DNA of 63,286 nt, filler included, from 7 parts of 7 records of this genome joined end to end with filler, not necessarily neighbours in it, one strand, 5' to 3'. Counted from the whole stretch's first letter, positions 1-8,852 are shown. Numbers and translations are program-made. Notes: a model not told the origin generated them from the sequence alone.

Positions 1-1780
1 CATATCTGTCAGCTCTTGACTCATATTCTACCTTTGTAACTGGTCCCATTGCACGGTAAGGAGGAATGTCTTCAGGTCTTTCACTCTTTCCAAGCATAAG
101 CCCCATAACTCTTTGAAGATTGTAAACTCTTGCAGACATCTCAAGCATCTTTTCTTCGTTAAGCTCGATTCCTGTCATGCCTTCGTAAAATTTCCAGTAA
201 TTATAAACGTGATCCGGAACTTTTGCAGCCTGCTGTGGTTTGTTTTTGATAGCATTATCTGCAGGAACAACATCATTCCAGACAAGTTTACAAAGTCCAA
301 GAAGACCAAACCATGTTCTAAAAAGCGGGAAGTAGTAAAGTGCTTCAGCTTTATCGTCAAATGTTGGAAGCTGGTTGTTGACCATGTCCATGAAGATAAG
401 CCAGGCTTCATCATGCTGAGGTCCTTTCATAGCAAGTGTGTATCCACCCTGCTGAGCAAGAGATTCTTTTGAAACATATTCAGAATACTCAAGTCCTTTG
501 ACTTCCATTCCGATATCCTGCATGAAATCGGCCATTTCTGGTTTCATCTTGGACCATTTTTCCTTCATCTTTCTGATTCCCTGACCAACTTCAACACCGA
601 AACCTTCTCCTCGAGCCATCTGGTGGAGAACTTCAAGTGAATCCATAGCAGCACCGAAAGGAAGCTCAAGACCGCCTGTGTATTCCTTGTCAATAATTCC
701 GTGCTCATAACATTCCATTACAAATGCCATTCCTGTTGCATAAGAAATAGTATCAATACCGTAAGTGTCACAGTAAAAATTGTATTCAGCAGTAAAATCA
801 CCGTCAAAACACCCCATATTGGCTGCACCTGCAGCTGTTTCATATTCAGGACCGTCAACACAAACCTTATCACCTTTGTAAGGTCCGGTTTTCAGTGTAA
901 AATGATCAATAGTTTTAGCACATGACATTGAACAGCCATGCCAGCAACCATCAGACTGACCTTGTGTAAAATACTTTTCTTTAAGCATCTTTGAATCGAT
1001 CTTCCAGGTGTCCTTGTGAGAACCGAACTGATAGTTCATTACAGGAAGGAGGTCGTATGCATCCATAACATCAACGATGTTTGCAGTTCCGACATCTCTC
1101 ATTCTACACTGTGACTGATCAAGATTTGCCATTTCAGCATTAACTTTCATTCCGTGTTTTCTGATCGTCTCAGGATTAACAGGATGATTGAGCTCGTCCA
1201 TAACCTGAATTGCACCGGTTGGACATACAAAAGAACAGCTTGTGCAGCCTACACAGTGAGGATCAGAATAGCCAAAAGGCATTGTGATATGTCTTTTAAA
1301 ACCACGTCCTGCAAAATCAATGATACGTTCCTGAATGAATTCATTACAGGCTCTCACACATTTTCCACAGAGGATACATGCTTTTGGGTTATCATCAGTA
1401 AGTTCACTCTTATATTTCTCAGAATCAGTTGCACCACAAAGTCTTGCAACATCCTGAATTGCTTTAACTTTAGGCCATCTTCCAAGATACATCTCAGCAA
1501 GATTCTTTCTGTGCTGCTTAACTTTTGAAGCATCAGTTTTAACAACTATTTCGCTTCTTATTGGAAAATTACAGCTTGTAACAAGTTTAGTTTTTCCGCG
1601 CTCTTCGATCTCTACCATACAAAGCCTGCATGTTCCGTTAGGTGTCAGATCTTTATGGTTACAAAGAGTTGGAACAACAAAACCTGCGTCCATTATCGCT
1701 TTAAGAAGAAAAGTGTCTTTAAGAACTGTGATCTTCTTCCCATTGATAGTAATTTCTATTTTCTTATTTTCAGACATCAT
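1..1780 (-). CDS. Fusion of a HydA/NuoG-like N-terminal Fe-S module ([2Fe-2S] + 2x[4Fe-4S]) with the C-terminal domains of a tungsten aldehyde:ferredoxin oxidoreductase (AFOR_C); 3' partial
   Basis: Missing from the ORF track because it runs off the window without a stop. My translation of the minus strand from ATG 1780/1777 (GGAGG at 1785-1789) is open for about 593 codons: MSENKKIEITINGKK..VPTLCNH..GTCRLCMVE..VTSC ([2Fe-2S]), CILCGKCVRAC and CVGCTSCSFVCP (ferredoxin), then AOR motifs GCWHGCSMSC, GPEYET, CDTYGIDTIS, GLLGLCKL. Confidence 0.9.
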   Translation of the reverse strand, partial: MMSENKKIEITINGKKITVLKDTFLLKAIMDAGFVVPTLCNHKDLTPNGTCRLCMVEIEERGKTKLVTSCNFPIRSEIVVKTDASKVKQHRKNLAEMYLGRWPKVKAIQDVARLCGATDSEKYKSELTDDNPKACILCGKCVRACNEFIQERIIDFAGRGFKRHITMPFGYSDPHCVGCTSCSFVCPTGAIQVMDELNHPVNPETIRKHGMKVNAEMANLDQSQCRMRDVGTANIVDVMDAYDLLPVMNYQFGSHKDTWKIDSKMLKEKYFTQGQSDGCWHGCSMSCAKTIDHFTLKTGPYKGDKVCVDGPEYETAAGAANMGCFDGDFTAEYNFYCDTYGIDTISYATGMAFVMECYEHGIIDKEYTGGLELPFGAAMDSLEVLHQMARGEGFGVEVGQGIRKMKEKWSKMKPEMADFMQDIGMEVKGLEYSEYVSKESLAQQGGYTLAMKGPQHDEAWLIFMDMVNNQLPTFDDKAEALYYFPLFRTWFGLLGLCKLVWNDVVPADNAIKNKPQQAAKVPDHVYNYWKFYEGMTGIELNEEKMLEMSARVYNLQRVMGLMLGKSERPEDIPPYRAMGPVTKVEYESRADRY

Positions 1781-3657
1781 TTCACCTCCACTGCATCAAA
1801 TTTACAGGTTTCAAGACAGATGCCGCATTTAATACATTTTGACGCATCTATCACATGCATTCCCTTTGCTTCTCCGCTGATACAGTTTTCAGGGCATTTC
1901 TTAGCACAGGCTGTACAACCGATACATTTGTCGTTGATTGAATATGTGATAAGTTCTTTACATATTCCTGCACGACATTTCTTATCTTTTATATGCTCTT
2001 CATACTCATCTCTAAAATAGCGGATCGTACTAAGAACAGGGTTAGGAGCACTTGTTCCCAGACCACAGAGACTGCCGTCCATAACTGTTGCGCTGATATC
2101 TTCAAGTCTTTCGATATCACCCTCTTTTCCCTGACCGTTGCAAATTCCATCAAGAATGTTCTTCATAGCAAAAAGACCTTCTCTGCATGGAGTACATTTT
2201 CCACAACTTTCATCAACGAGGAAGTTAATGAAATATCTTGCAACATCAACCATACAAGTGTGATCGTCCATAACGATAAGTCCACCGGAACCCATCATTG
2301 ATCCTGCTTCAGAAAGACTGTCAAAATCAACAGGCATATCAAGAAGCTTTGCCGGAACACATCCACCACTTGGACCGCCACTTTGAACTGCTTTAAACGT
2401 TCTGCCGTTTGGCACTCCGCCACCAACCTCTTCAATGATCTCGCGAAGAGTAATTCCCATAGGAACTTCAACGAGTCCTGTATTTCTGATATCACCAACA
2501 AGTGAGAAAACTTTTGTTCCACTTGATCCGCCCCATGGATTATCTGTTACATCACCAGTTCCAATCGATGCGAACCATTTAGAACCCTTTGTTATGATCG
2601 GAGGAATGTTCGCCCATGTTTCAACGTTATTAAGAACTGTAGGTTTATTTCTAAAACCGAATTCAACACTTCTTACATATTTTGCTCTAGGTTCACCGAC
2701 TCTTCCTTCCATTGAAGCCATAAGTGCTGAACTTTCACCACAGACAAACGCTCCTGCACCTCTGTGAACTGTGATATCAAAAGAGAAATCTGTTCCGAGG
2801 ATCTTTTCACCGAGAAGTCCGTACTCGCGAGCCTGTTCAAGAGCTTTTTCAAGTCTGACAAGTGCAAGAGGATATTCTTTTCTAAGATAGATAAAGCCTT
2901 CTTTTGCGCCAAGTGTATGTGCACCGATGATCATTCCTTCGATAACTGAATGAGGATCAGTTTCAATTATTGAACGATCCATATATGCGCCCGGATCACC
3001 TTCATCTGCATTACAGACTACTGAGATCTCTTCATTCTTTTTATTCTTTATCTCATATCCTGATTTCCATTTAACACCGGCAGGAAAACCTCCGCCGCCA
3101 CGGCCTCTGATACCACTTGCAATAACATCTTTGATAACTTTTTCGCTATCATTCTGCTCGATCACGTTCTTTAAAGCTTTGTAACCGTCTCTTGCAATAT
3201 AGTGATCAATGTTTTCAGGATCGATAAGTCCTTTGTTTCTAAGAGCGATCAGTTCCTGTTTTGAGAAAAAACCGATATCTTCCATCTTTTCGTTCTTTGC
3301 GCCTGTAACAGGATCCGTGTGAAGAAGTCTTTCAACAACGTTTCCACCAAGAAGATGTTCTTTAACGATCTCTTCAGGATCTTTTTCATCAAGTTTCTGA
3401 TAGAAAATTCCTGCTGGCTGAATAACAGCGATAGGACCGACAGCACAAAAACCGTTACAACCGGTTGCAACAGCGATCCAATCTTTTTCAAGACCGTGTT
3501 TTTTAAGAGCTGCATCAAAAAGCTCTTTAATTGTAAAACCGCCTGATGAAACGCAGCCTGTACCTGTACAAACCATTATCATTCCTTTATAACCGGCTTG
3601 TTTTTCACGTTCTTTTCCGGCAATAAGTTCAATATCTTTCATTCCAATTTTTGTCAT
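1777..3657 (-). CDS. nuoF: HydB/NuoF-like NADH- and FMN-binding flavoprotein subunit (BfuB type) with N-terminal thioredoxin-like [2Fe-2S] and C-terminal 2x[4Fe-4S] domains
   Basis: RGRGGGGFPAG, CNADEGDPGAYMDR, GAGAFVCGESSAL, GGPSGG, ESCGKCTPCREG..LCGLG, C-terminal CIGCTACAKKCP and CIKCGICLETC. A homologue of nuoF, not necessarily part of complex I. Confidence 0.93.
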   Translation of the reverse strand: MTKIGMKDIELIAGKEREKQAGYKGMIMVCTGTGCVSSGGFTIKELFDAALKKHGLEKDWIAVATGCNGFCAVGPIAVIQPAGIFYQKLDEKDPEEIVKEHLLGGNVVERLLHTDPVTGAKNEKMEDIGFFSKQELIALRNKGLIDPENIDHYIARDGYKALKNVIEQNDSEKVIKDVIASGIRGRGGGGFPAGVKWKSGYEIKNKKNEEISVVCNADEGDPGAYMDRSIIETDPHSVIEGMIIGAHTLGAKEGFIYLRKEYPLALVRLEKALEQAREYGLLGEKILGTDFSFDITVHRGAGAFVCGESSALMASMEGRVGEPRAKYVRSVEFGFRNKPTVLNNVETWANIPPIITKGSKWFASIGTGDVTDNPWGGSSGTKVFSLVGDIRNTGLVEVPMGITLREIIEEVGGGVPNGRTFKAVQSGGPSGGCVPAKLLDMPVDFDSLSEAGSMMGSGGLIVMDDHTCMVDVARYFINFLVDESCGKCTPCREGLFAMKNILDGICNGQGKEGDIERLEDISATVMDGSLCGLGTSAPNPVLSTIRYFRDEYEEHIKDKKCRAGICKELITYSINDKCIGCTACAKKCPENCISGEAKGMHVIDASKCIKCGICLETCKFDAVEVK

Positions 3658-3658
3658 T

Positions 3659-4933
3659 TCAGCCCTCCTTTGAATTAGTGATCAGCTTATCAAGATCACC
3701 AACTTTCACATTTCCATGCACCTTTTCACCAATCTTAATAACCGGAGCTATACTGCATGCACCAAGACAGGCAACTGCTTCCAGTGTAAACTTGCCATCC
3801 TTTGTTGTTTCTCCGGCTTTCACACCGAGGATCCTTTCAAAGTTACTCAGGATGTTTGCCGCGCCTTTAACGTGACAGGCAGTTCCCATACAGATCTGGA
3901 TTGTCTTTTCACCCTTTTTCTCAAGGCTGAAAGTCTTATAAAAAGTCGCAATATGAAAAAGATAGGCTCTTGGAGTTCCAGTCTTTTCCTGAATAATATC
4001 AATAGCATTTTCAGGGATGCAGCGATACTGTTCCTGAATGTCCTGAAGCATTTCAATAACAAACTCAGGATTGTTTTCCCATTTGTCACAGATAGTTGCT
4101 ATTTTTCCTGTGCAGTCACAACTAGGAAGAGTTTTTGGAGTAACAAACTTAGCAACTTTGCTTTCTTCAACAGTCCACGCCGGGCTGATACCTTTACTCT
4201 TTATTACGAGAGCTTTAATTTTCTTATTTCTAAGAACTGTTCCGATTCCGCCTCTTCCTGCCTGTTTAAGTCTTGCAACTCTTCTTCTCCAGTCATAGAA
4301 AGAGAAATTAAGAACACCCATTCTTGTATGCTCCGCACCTTCACCAGCTGAAACAACAGCGATGTTTCTTTTGTCGATCTCATTGTCGGCATACATTTCT
4401 GTAAGCTCTTCAGCAAGAATATGGCTGTTAGTTGTTTCAAGAGGAGCTTCCATTATGGAGATCTTGTTTTTGGATGCATCAATAAGAACGATGACATCTT
4501 TTTCTGACTTTCCGATCAGAGTAAGAGCATCGAAACCTGCAAACTTAAGGAAAGGACCAAAGTATCCACCAACGTTACTGTCCATCATTCCATCTGTCAT
4601 TGGAGAAACTGCTGTAACCAGAGTTTTTCCTGATCCGGGGAACGAAGTTGTTCCACCAAGAGGACCACTTGACATACAAATTGGATTTTCAGGGCTGTCC
4701 CATTTGGTGTTCTCATTAATTTCCAAAAAGGTAAGCCACATATCAAAACCTTTTCCACCAGTCCAGAGCTGTTTCATCTGTTCTGACACAGGCCTTGTTA
4801 TGATCTCTCCAGTTGAAACATCAATTCTGAGAGTTCTGTCTGCGTAACCTTTTTTAAGTTCTTTAGGTTCAAAATCGAACTCGGAAATAATGCGGTGTGC
4901 ATTCCGCATTTCCTCGATACGGGGATCTGTCAT
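3659..4933 (-). CDS. Fusion of the aldehyde:ferredoxin oxidoreductase N-terminal domain (AFOR_N) with a HydC/NuoE-like [2Fe-2S] domain
   Basis: First about 250 residues: GGKG, ENPICMSSGPL, SPMT..DSNVGGYFGPFLKFAGFDAL, AGRGGIGTVLRNKKIKALV. C-terminal part: ATFYKTF, ICMGTACHVKG, VACLGACSIAP. ATG 4933 with GAGG upstream is preferred to GTG 4945. Confidence 0.9.
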   Translation of the reverse strand: MTDPRIEEMRNAHRIISEFDFEPKELKKGYADRTLRIDVSTGEIITRPVSEQMKQLWTGGKGFDMWLTFLEINENTKWDSPENPICMSSGPLGGTTSFPGSGKTLVTAVSPMTDGMMDSNVGGYFGPFLKFAGFDALTLIGKSEKDVIVLIDASKNKISIMEAPLETTNSHILAEELTEMYADNEIDKRNIAVVSAGEGAEHTRMGVLNFSFYDWRRRVARLKQAGRGGIGTVLRNKKIKALVIKSKGISPAWTVEESKVAKFVTPKTLPSCDCTGKIATICDKWENNPEFVIEMLQDIQEQYRCIPENAIDIIQEKTGTPRAYLFHIATFYKTFSLEKKGEKTIQICMGTACHVKGAANILSNFERILGVKAGETTKDGKFTLEAVACLGACSIAPVIKIGEKVHGNVKVGDLDKLITNSKEG

Positions 4934-5162
4934 AGTTAACCTCACTCGTCAATTATTTAGAAAATACAAACACTTATATAAAAAGCACTCTTCCTTTCCA
5001 AACACGGGAGGCAACAGCTTTTCAACTGAAACCCAGGTCTTTTTCCATAGTCGAAACCTTAGGAAAAAAGACTCGGAATCTTCTCGCGGGAACACTTTAT
5101 ATAATTAGGCGGTGTTTGTAAATAGTTTAGGTTAAAAAATTATCTAGGAATCAATTTATTTG

Positions 5163-6299
5163 TCACTGTTCTTTTCTCAATATCCACAAACCGAAAAACT
5201 TATCTGAAATGTAATATCTTCCACCGCTGTCTTTATCCAACACATCATTTTCTAGGAGTTTTTTCACGGTTCTCTGAATTGTAGAAGCAGGCGGAAGCTG
5301 ATATTTCTTAATAAATTCTGTGGAATAGACTACTGAAGTGTACTTTTCTTTTGCTATAGACAAAATGAGTTTTTTCTCGTTAACAGTAAAATTTTCCCAC
5401 TCGCTTAGAAAAGCGTGTGATTCTCTCTGCATAAGAATTTCCAACGCCTCGTCCACAGTTGATATTTCCGCCAGATTCTCATCAGCAATTTCAAAACAGA
5501 CACTGCACATCATTTGGGTGTAAAAAGGATGTCCATCTGTTCTGGAAAAAATATATTCGACACACTCAGAAGAAATTGTCTTTCCAACACTTTTAAACTT
5601 TTCCTGAACAAATGGAACCCAATGGTCAAGTGCAATGTAACTTATAGGATAGTGAGCAGCACTTCTATAGAGCGGGCTTGATTTATCCATGAACATTTCC
5701 CGAATCATATGCTTCCTGCTTCCGCAGAAAATATAGGAGATATCTTCATGATGTTGAATAACACTTCTTAAGATTCTTTCAGAACGATCACTTTCAAACG
5801 ACCTTATCTGAGGAAACTCATCAAAAATTATTACCAGCTGCTTTTGAGGATATATTTCGGCGATCTTTTCAGGAATTGAAAGAACTTCTTCCAAAACGGT
5901 ATTTTGAAGTGACGCAGGTATAGCTCCAAATGAAATTGTAGGATTGCCCTCACTGTCAACTGTAATAGAAGGTGAAATTGAACCAAAAAATTCCTTGGCG
6001 AAGTTAAAGATCTTTTCCTTTTTAGTTTCGTAGGCTTTTGCATAAGCATTGGCACAGACCGTAATGAAATCTTTTTCCGAAATGCATTTCCAGATGTCAA
6101 TATAGACCGGAATGAAATCATCCTCATCAAGACTTGATATCAGCTTTTTCAGAAGAGATGTTTTCCCGAGCCTCCTTTCGCCGAAAATGAAAAGCTTTCT
6201 CGAACTCTCAACAGCCTTTTTAAGATCGTAAAGCTCCTGAACTCTGTTACAGAACGAATCACCCGTTACAGCCACCCCGAAAGAAAACGGATTTCGCAT
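5163..6299 (-). CDS. AAA+ ATPase (archaeal-ATPase-like) with probable C-terminal winged helix
   Basis: MRNPFSFG start with GGAGG; Walker A GERRLGKTS, Walker B IIFDEFPQ, FCGS, GHPFYTQ, C-terminal DKFFGLW. Confidence 0.85.
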   Translation of the reverse strand: MRNPFSFGVAVTGDSFCNRVQELYDLKKAVESSRKLFIFGERRLGKTSLLKKLISSLDEDDFIPVYIDIWKCISEKDFITVCANAYAKAYETKKEKIFNFAKEFFGSISPSITVDSEGNPTISFGAIPASLQNTVLEEVLSIPEKIAEIYPQKQLVIIFDEFPQIRSFESDRSERILRSVIQHHEDISYIFCGSRKHMIREMFMDKSSPLYRSAAHYPISYIALDHWVPFVQEKFKSVGKTISSECVEYIFSRTDGHPFYTQMMCSVCFEIADENLAEISTVDEALEILMQRESHAFLSEWENFTVNEKKLILSIAKEKYTSVVYSTEFIKKYQLPPASTIQRTVKKLLENDVLDKDSGGRYYISDKFFGLWILRKEQ

Positions 6300-6499
6300 A
6301 AAAACCTCCATAAAAAACTTATTACGCAAAAACAATAATAATTTTTTAGTTAAATTTGTCAATAATTTCAAGATAATCTCTTTTATAAAACAAATTACGC
6401 AAATTGCGTTACGCAAAAGTGGTAATTTGCTAGACATTCGCAAACCCAAACATTGATAAGATACTTTTAATTAAAAACTTTTTCCAGAAAGTTAGGGGA

Positions 6500-7087
6500 T
6501 CAGTAAACTACTGCAGAATTCTTTTGGGGTTTCTTTTTCTTCTTCTCGTCTTCTTTTACGGTCTCTTTTGATCTTTTCGGTGGTTTCACCTTTCTTCTTC
6601 CGTTATAGTTCTTGTTTCCATGATGTTTTTTGTTTCTATACTTTTTCGGTTTTATCCCGACATTTTCATCGATCGCACCATTACAGTTGTTATCTCTTCT
6701 GTCAAAGATCTCAGCTGCTCCGGGATTAACACTGAAGTTATCATCGTTACAGTCTCCAAGTATCTCAGCTCTATAAAGTCCATCGGGTTTACACAGACAT
6801 TTGCTAGTTTTCTGATATCCGAAACCATCACCATCTTTATCATAATAAAATGGTCTGCAATCTTTAAGGTTTTCACCTTCATCAATTTGTCCATTGCAGT
6901 TGTCATCAACTGTGTTACAGATCTCACGCGCATTCTGATGAACATTTTTGTTGTGATCATCGCAGTCCCCGAGTTCAAGAGCAGCATAGATCCCTTTTGA
7001 AACACAGAGACATTTGAATTCTGCAACCCCGACACCATCTCCATCCATATCTTTGTAATATCTGTTGCAGCCTTGCGAATCTTCTGG
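6500..7087 (-). CDS. Protein with Cys/Asp putative metal-binding repeats (MopE-related type), 5' partial, Lys-rich C-terminal tail
   Basis: Two repeats of GDC(D/N)D..(V)xPxAxEI(C/F)..DxNCNGxIDE preceded by YxDxDGDG; cut by the contig end. Confidence 0.75.
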   Translation of the reverse strand, partial: PEDSQGCNRYYKDMDGDGVGVAEFKCLCVSKGIYAALELGDCDDHNKNVHQNAREICNTVDDNCNGQIDEGENLKDCRPFYYDKDGDGFGYQKTSKCLCKPDGLYRAEILGDCNDDNFSVNPGAAEIFDRRDNNCNGAIDENVGIKPKKYRNKKHHGNKNYNGRRKVKPPKRSKETVKEDEKKKKKPQKNSAVVY

Positions 7088-7187
7088 NNNNNNNNNNNNN
7101 NNNNNNNNNNNNNNNNNNNNNNNNNNNNNNNTTAATTAATTAANNNNNNNNNNNNNNNNNNNNNNNNNNNNNNNNNNNNNNNNNNNN
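7088..7187. other. Artificial contig linker (N-run with TTAATTAATTAA)
   Basis: 100-nt spacer with stops in all six frames; the same structure occurs six times in the window. Confidence 0.97.
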
Positions 7188-7350
7188 CGAGGATAACAAC
7201 ATCCTCATTGTTTTCTTCCAGGTGTTTAAGGGCCTCTTCTCCGCTCATAGCCGTCGAAACTATAAAATCACGCACTTCGAGCCTTTGAGAAAGAGTATCC
7301 ACAAAATCCTTTTCGTCATCCACAAGGAGGATTTTGGCGCGATCATTCAT
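7188..7350 (-). CDS. Response regulator receiver protein, 3' partial
   Basis: MNDRAKILLVDDEKDF..DVVIL; GGAG RBS; truncated at the linker. Confidence 0.85.
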
Positions 7351-7430
7351 ATTTGGTTCTCCTTCCCGGATATTAATCCGCAAGAAGACGACTGGGACAT
7401 TAATGTCGTTTAAATTATTGACAAAAACAG

Positions 7431-8279
7431 TTAACTATTCTCGTCGTCCATTATTTTGCGAGCTGTATCGAATTCTCCGGCTTCAGCGAAAGCCGCAGCC
7501 GTCATTGACGATTCAACCTTGTTTTTAAAAGCCTTTTTCAAGACATCAACCAATGTGTCCAGATCAACCGGTTTCTGCAAGTATGCATAGGCGCCAAGCT
7601 TCTTGGCCTGAACCTCATCTTTTTCATCGCCATGCCCGGTTAGAATAACAACCTGAACCTGGGGGTATTTCTTTTTTACTCTTCTGAGGACTTCCATGCC
7701 GTCTATTCCGGGCATGCGTAAATCCAGGACCATAACATCAGGCACTTCATCGGAAACAAGCTGCAGGGCCTGTTCACCGTCAAAGGCCAAATCGGAATTG
7801 AGTTCTCTAAGCTGCAAGCGCTCCGACAGACTTTTTACAAATTCCTCTTCATCGTCAACCAACAAAACCTTAAACTTTTCCATGATTTTCCTCCTTTTTC
7901 CGCGGGCTTTTTTCCTTTTGTTCTTCCAGGCTGCTCCTACTTGAGACAATAACTGTTGCACATCCACAGGTATTAGAAGGTCGTCAAAGGCCCCTAATTT
8001 CATTCCCTGTATCGCTAACGCGATTTGCTTTGAGCTTGTCAACAAGATAATTTCAGCATCTGAGTGAACATCCTTAATTGACTGAAGCAAAGACAAAGCG
8101 TCACTTTTCAGACTTCTAAGATCCAGTAGCGCTATGTCTATTTTATTCGAAAGAATTATGTGTCGTGCGTCTTCCTGATCCTCGGCTTCGTACAGACAAT
8201 ACCCTTCCTGATCGAGTATGGAGGATATATTCCTCCGGGTCAAGTAATCTCCGTCGACTATCAGAACATTCGGCTTCAT
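7431..8279 (-). CDS. Tandem receiver-domain protein (degenerate REC + canonical REC); an internal start at 7883 gives a single-REC protein
   Basis: First REC: VLIVDGD..LLDL..LLTS..LLIP. Second REC: VLLVDDEEE..VLDLRMPGIDG..LTGHG..QKPVD. AGGAGG lies directly upstream of the in-frame ATG at 7883. Confidence 0.8.
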   Translation of the reverse strand: MKPNVLIVDGDYLTRRNISSILDQEGYCLYEAEDQEDARHIILSNKIDIALLDLRSLKSDALSLLQSIKDVHSDAEIILLTSSKQIALAIQGMKLGAFDDLLIPVDVQQLLSQVGAAWKNKRKKARGKRRKIMEKFKVLLVDDEEEFVKSLSERLQLRELNSDLAFDGEQALQLVSDEVPDVMVLDLRMPGIDGMEVLRRVKKKYPQVQVVILTGHGDEKDEVQAKKLGAYAYLQKPVDLDTLVDVLKKAFKNKVESSMTAAAFAEAGEFDTARKIMDDENS

Positions 8280-8356
8280 CTTAACAGCCCGCCAGGACGC
8301 ACAAAAGAAAACGTCGCTTCAATCAAACACCCGCTTCAGGCGTCAAACCAATAAAT

Positions 8357-8677
8357 TCAGGCAGCCTGGGCAAGCCCGAATCTGAAGTTTACTCCGTCCA
8401 GACCAACAGCGGCGGCAAAATCGCCGACAATGGCCGTGCTGTCTTTTTTAATCCTGATTACTGTTTGGGCTTGCCTGTCATCCACAAATTCCCGGGCGGT
8501 TTCATGGCAATTTGCTTCGGCAAAGGCAACGGCCGCATTCATGTTGGCGAACCAGTTGCGGGATGATTTTTTCGAGGGCTTTTCGCCGATAATGTTCAAA
8601 GCTGTATCATGTTCTCCTGCTTCGGCAAAGGCGGCGGCAGAGAAGATTCGGCTTATTCTGCTTGCTATCGCGCTCAT
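8357..8677 (-). CDS. Hypothetical protein with two AxAFAEAxxxxTA motifs
   Basis: ATG 8677 with AGGAG at 8684-8688, downstream of a sigma-54 promoter; motifs AAAFAEAGEHDTA and AVAFAEANCHETA. Confidence 0.8.
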   Translation of the reverse strand: MSAIASRISRIFSAAAFAEAGEHDTALNIIGEKPSKKSSRNWFANMNAAVAFAEANCHETAREFVDDRQAQTVIRIKKDSTAIVGDFAAAVGLDGVNFRFGLAQAA

Positions 8678-8715
8678 ATTCGTCTCCTTTTCTTCACCAT
8701 TTTGCGTGTTCAAGG

Positions 8716-8732
8716 AGCAAGGAGCGTGCCAA
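8716..8732 (-). promoter_or_regulatory. Sigma-54 (-24/-12) promoter
   Basis: Minus strand reads TTGGCACGCTCCTTGCT, matching TGGCAC-N5-TTGC with exact GG-N10-GC spacing; a sigma-54 activator is encoded in the same cluster. Confidence 0.85.
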
Positions 8733-8792
8733 TGCCATTTTACCTATTATTTAAGGAGCTTATCATTTACAGGGATAAATATTGAACCATTA

Positions 8793-8832
8793 TGAAACAT
8801 TTCGTTTCGCCGCTATGTTTTAATTTGTTTCA
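8793..8832. promoter_or_regulatory. Candidate upstream activator sites for the sigma-54 promoter
   Basis: Imperfect palindromes TGAAACATTTCGTTTCG and TGTTTTAATTTGTTTCA about 60-100 nt upstream of the -24 element, across an AT-rich spacer. Confidence 0.4.
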
Positions 8833-8852
8833 TTATGAACCGCCGAGCGCGG

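Noticed and set aside
1777-4933. Respiratory complex I nuoEFG operon or an [FeFe]-hydrogenase
   Set aside because: No membrane nuo genes and no H-cluster motifs; the E- and G-like domains are fused to AOR halves.
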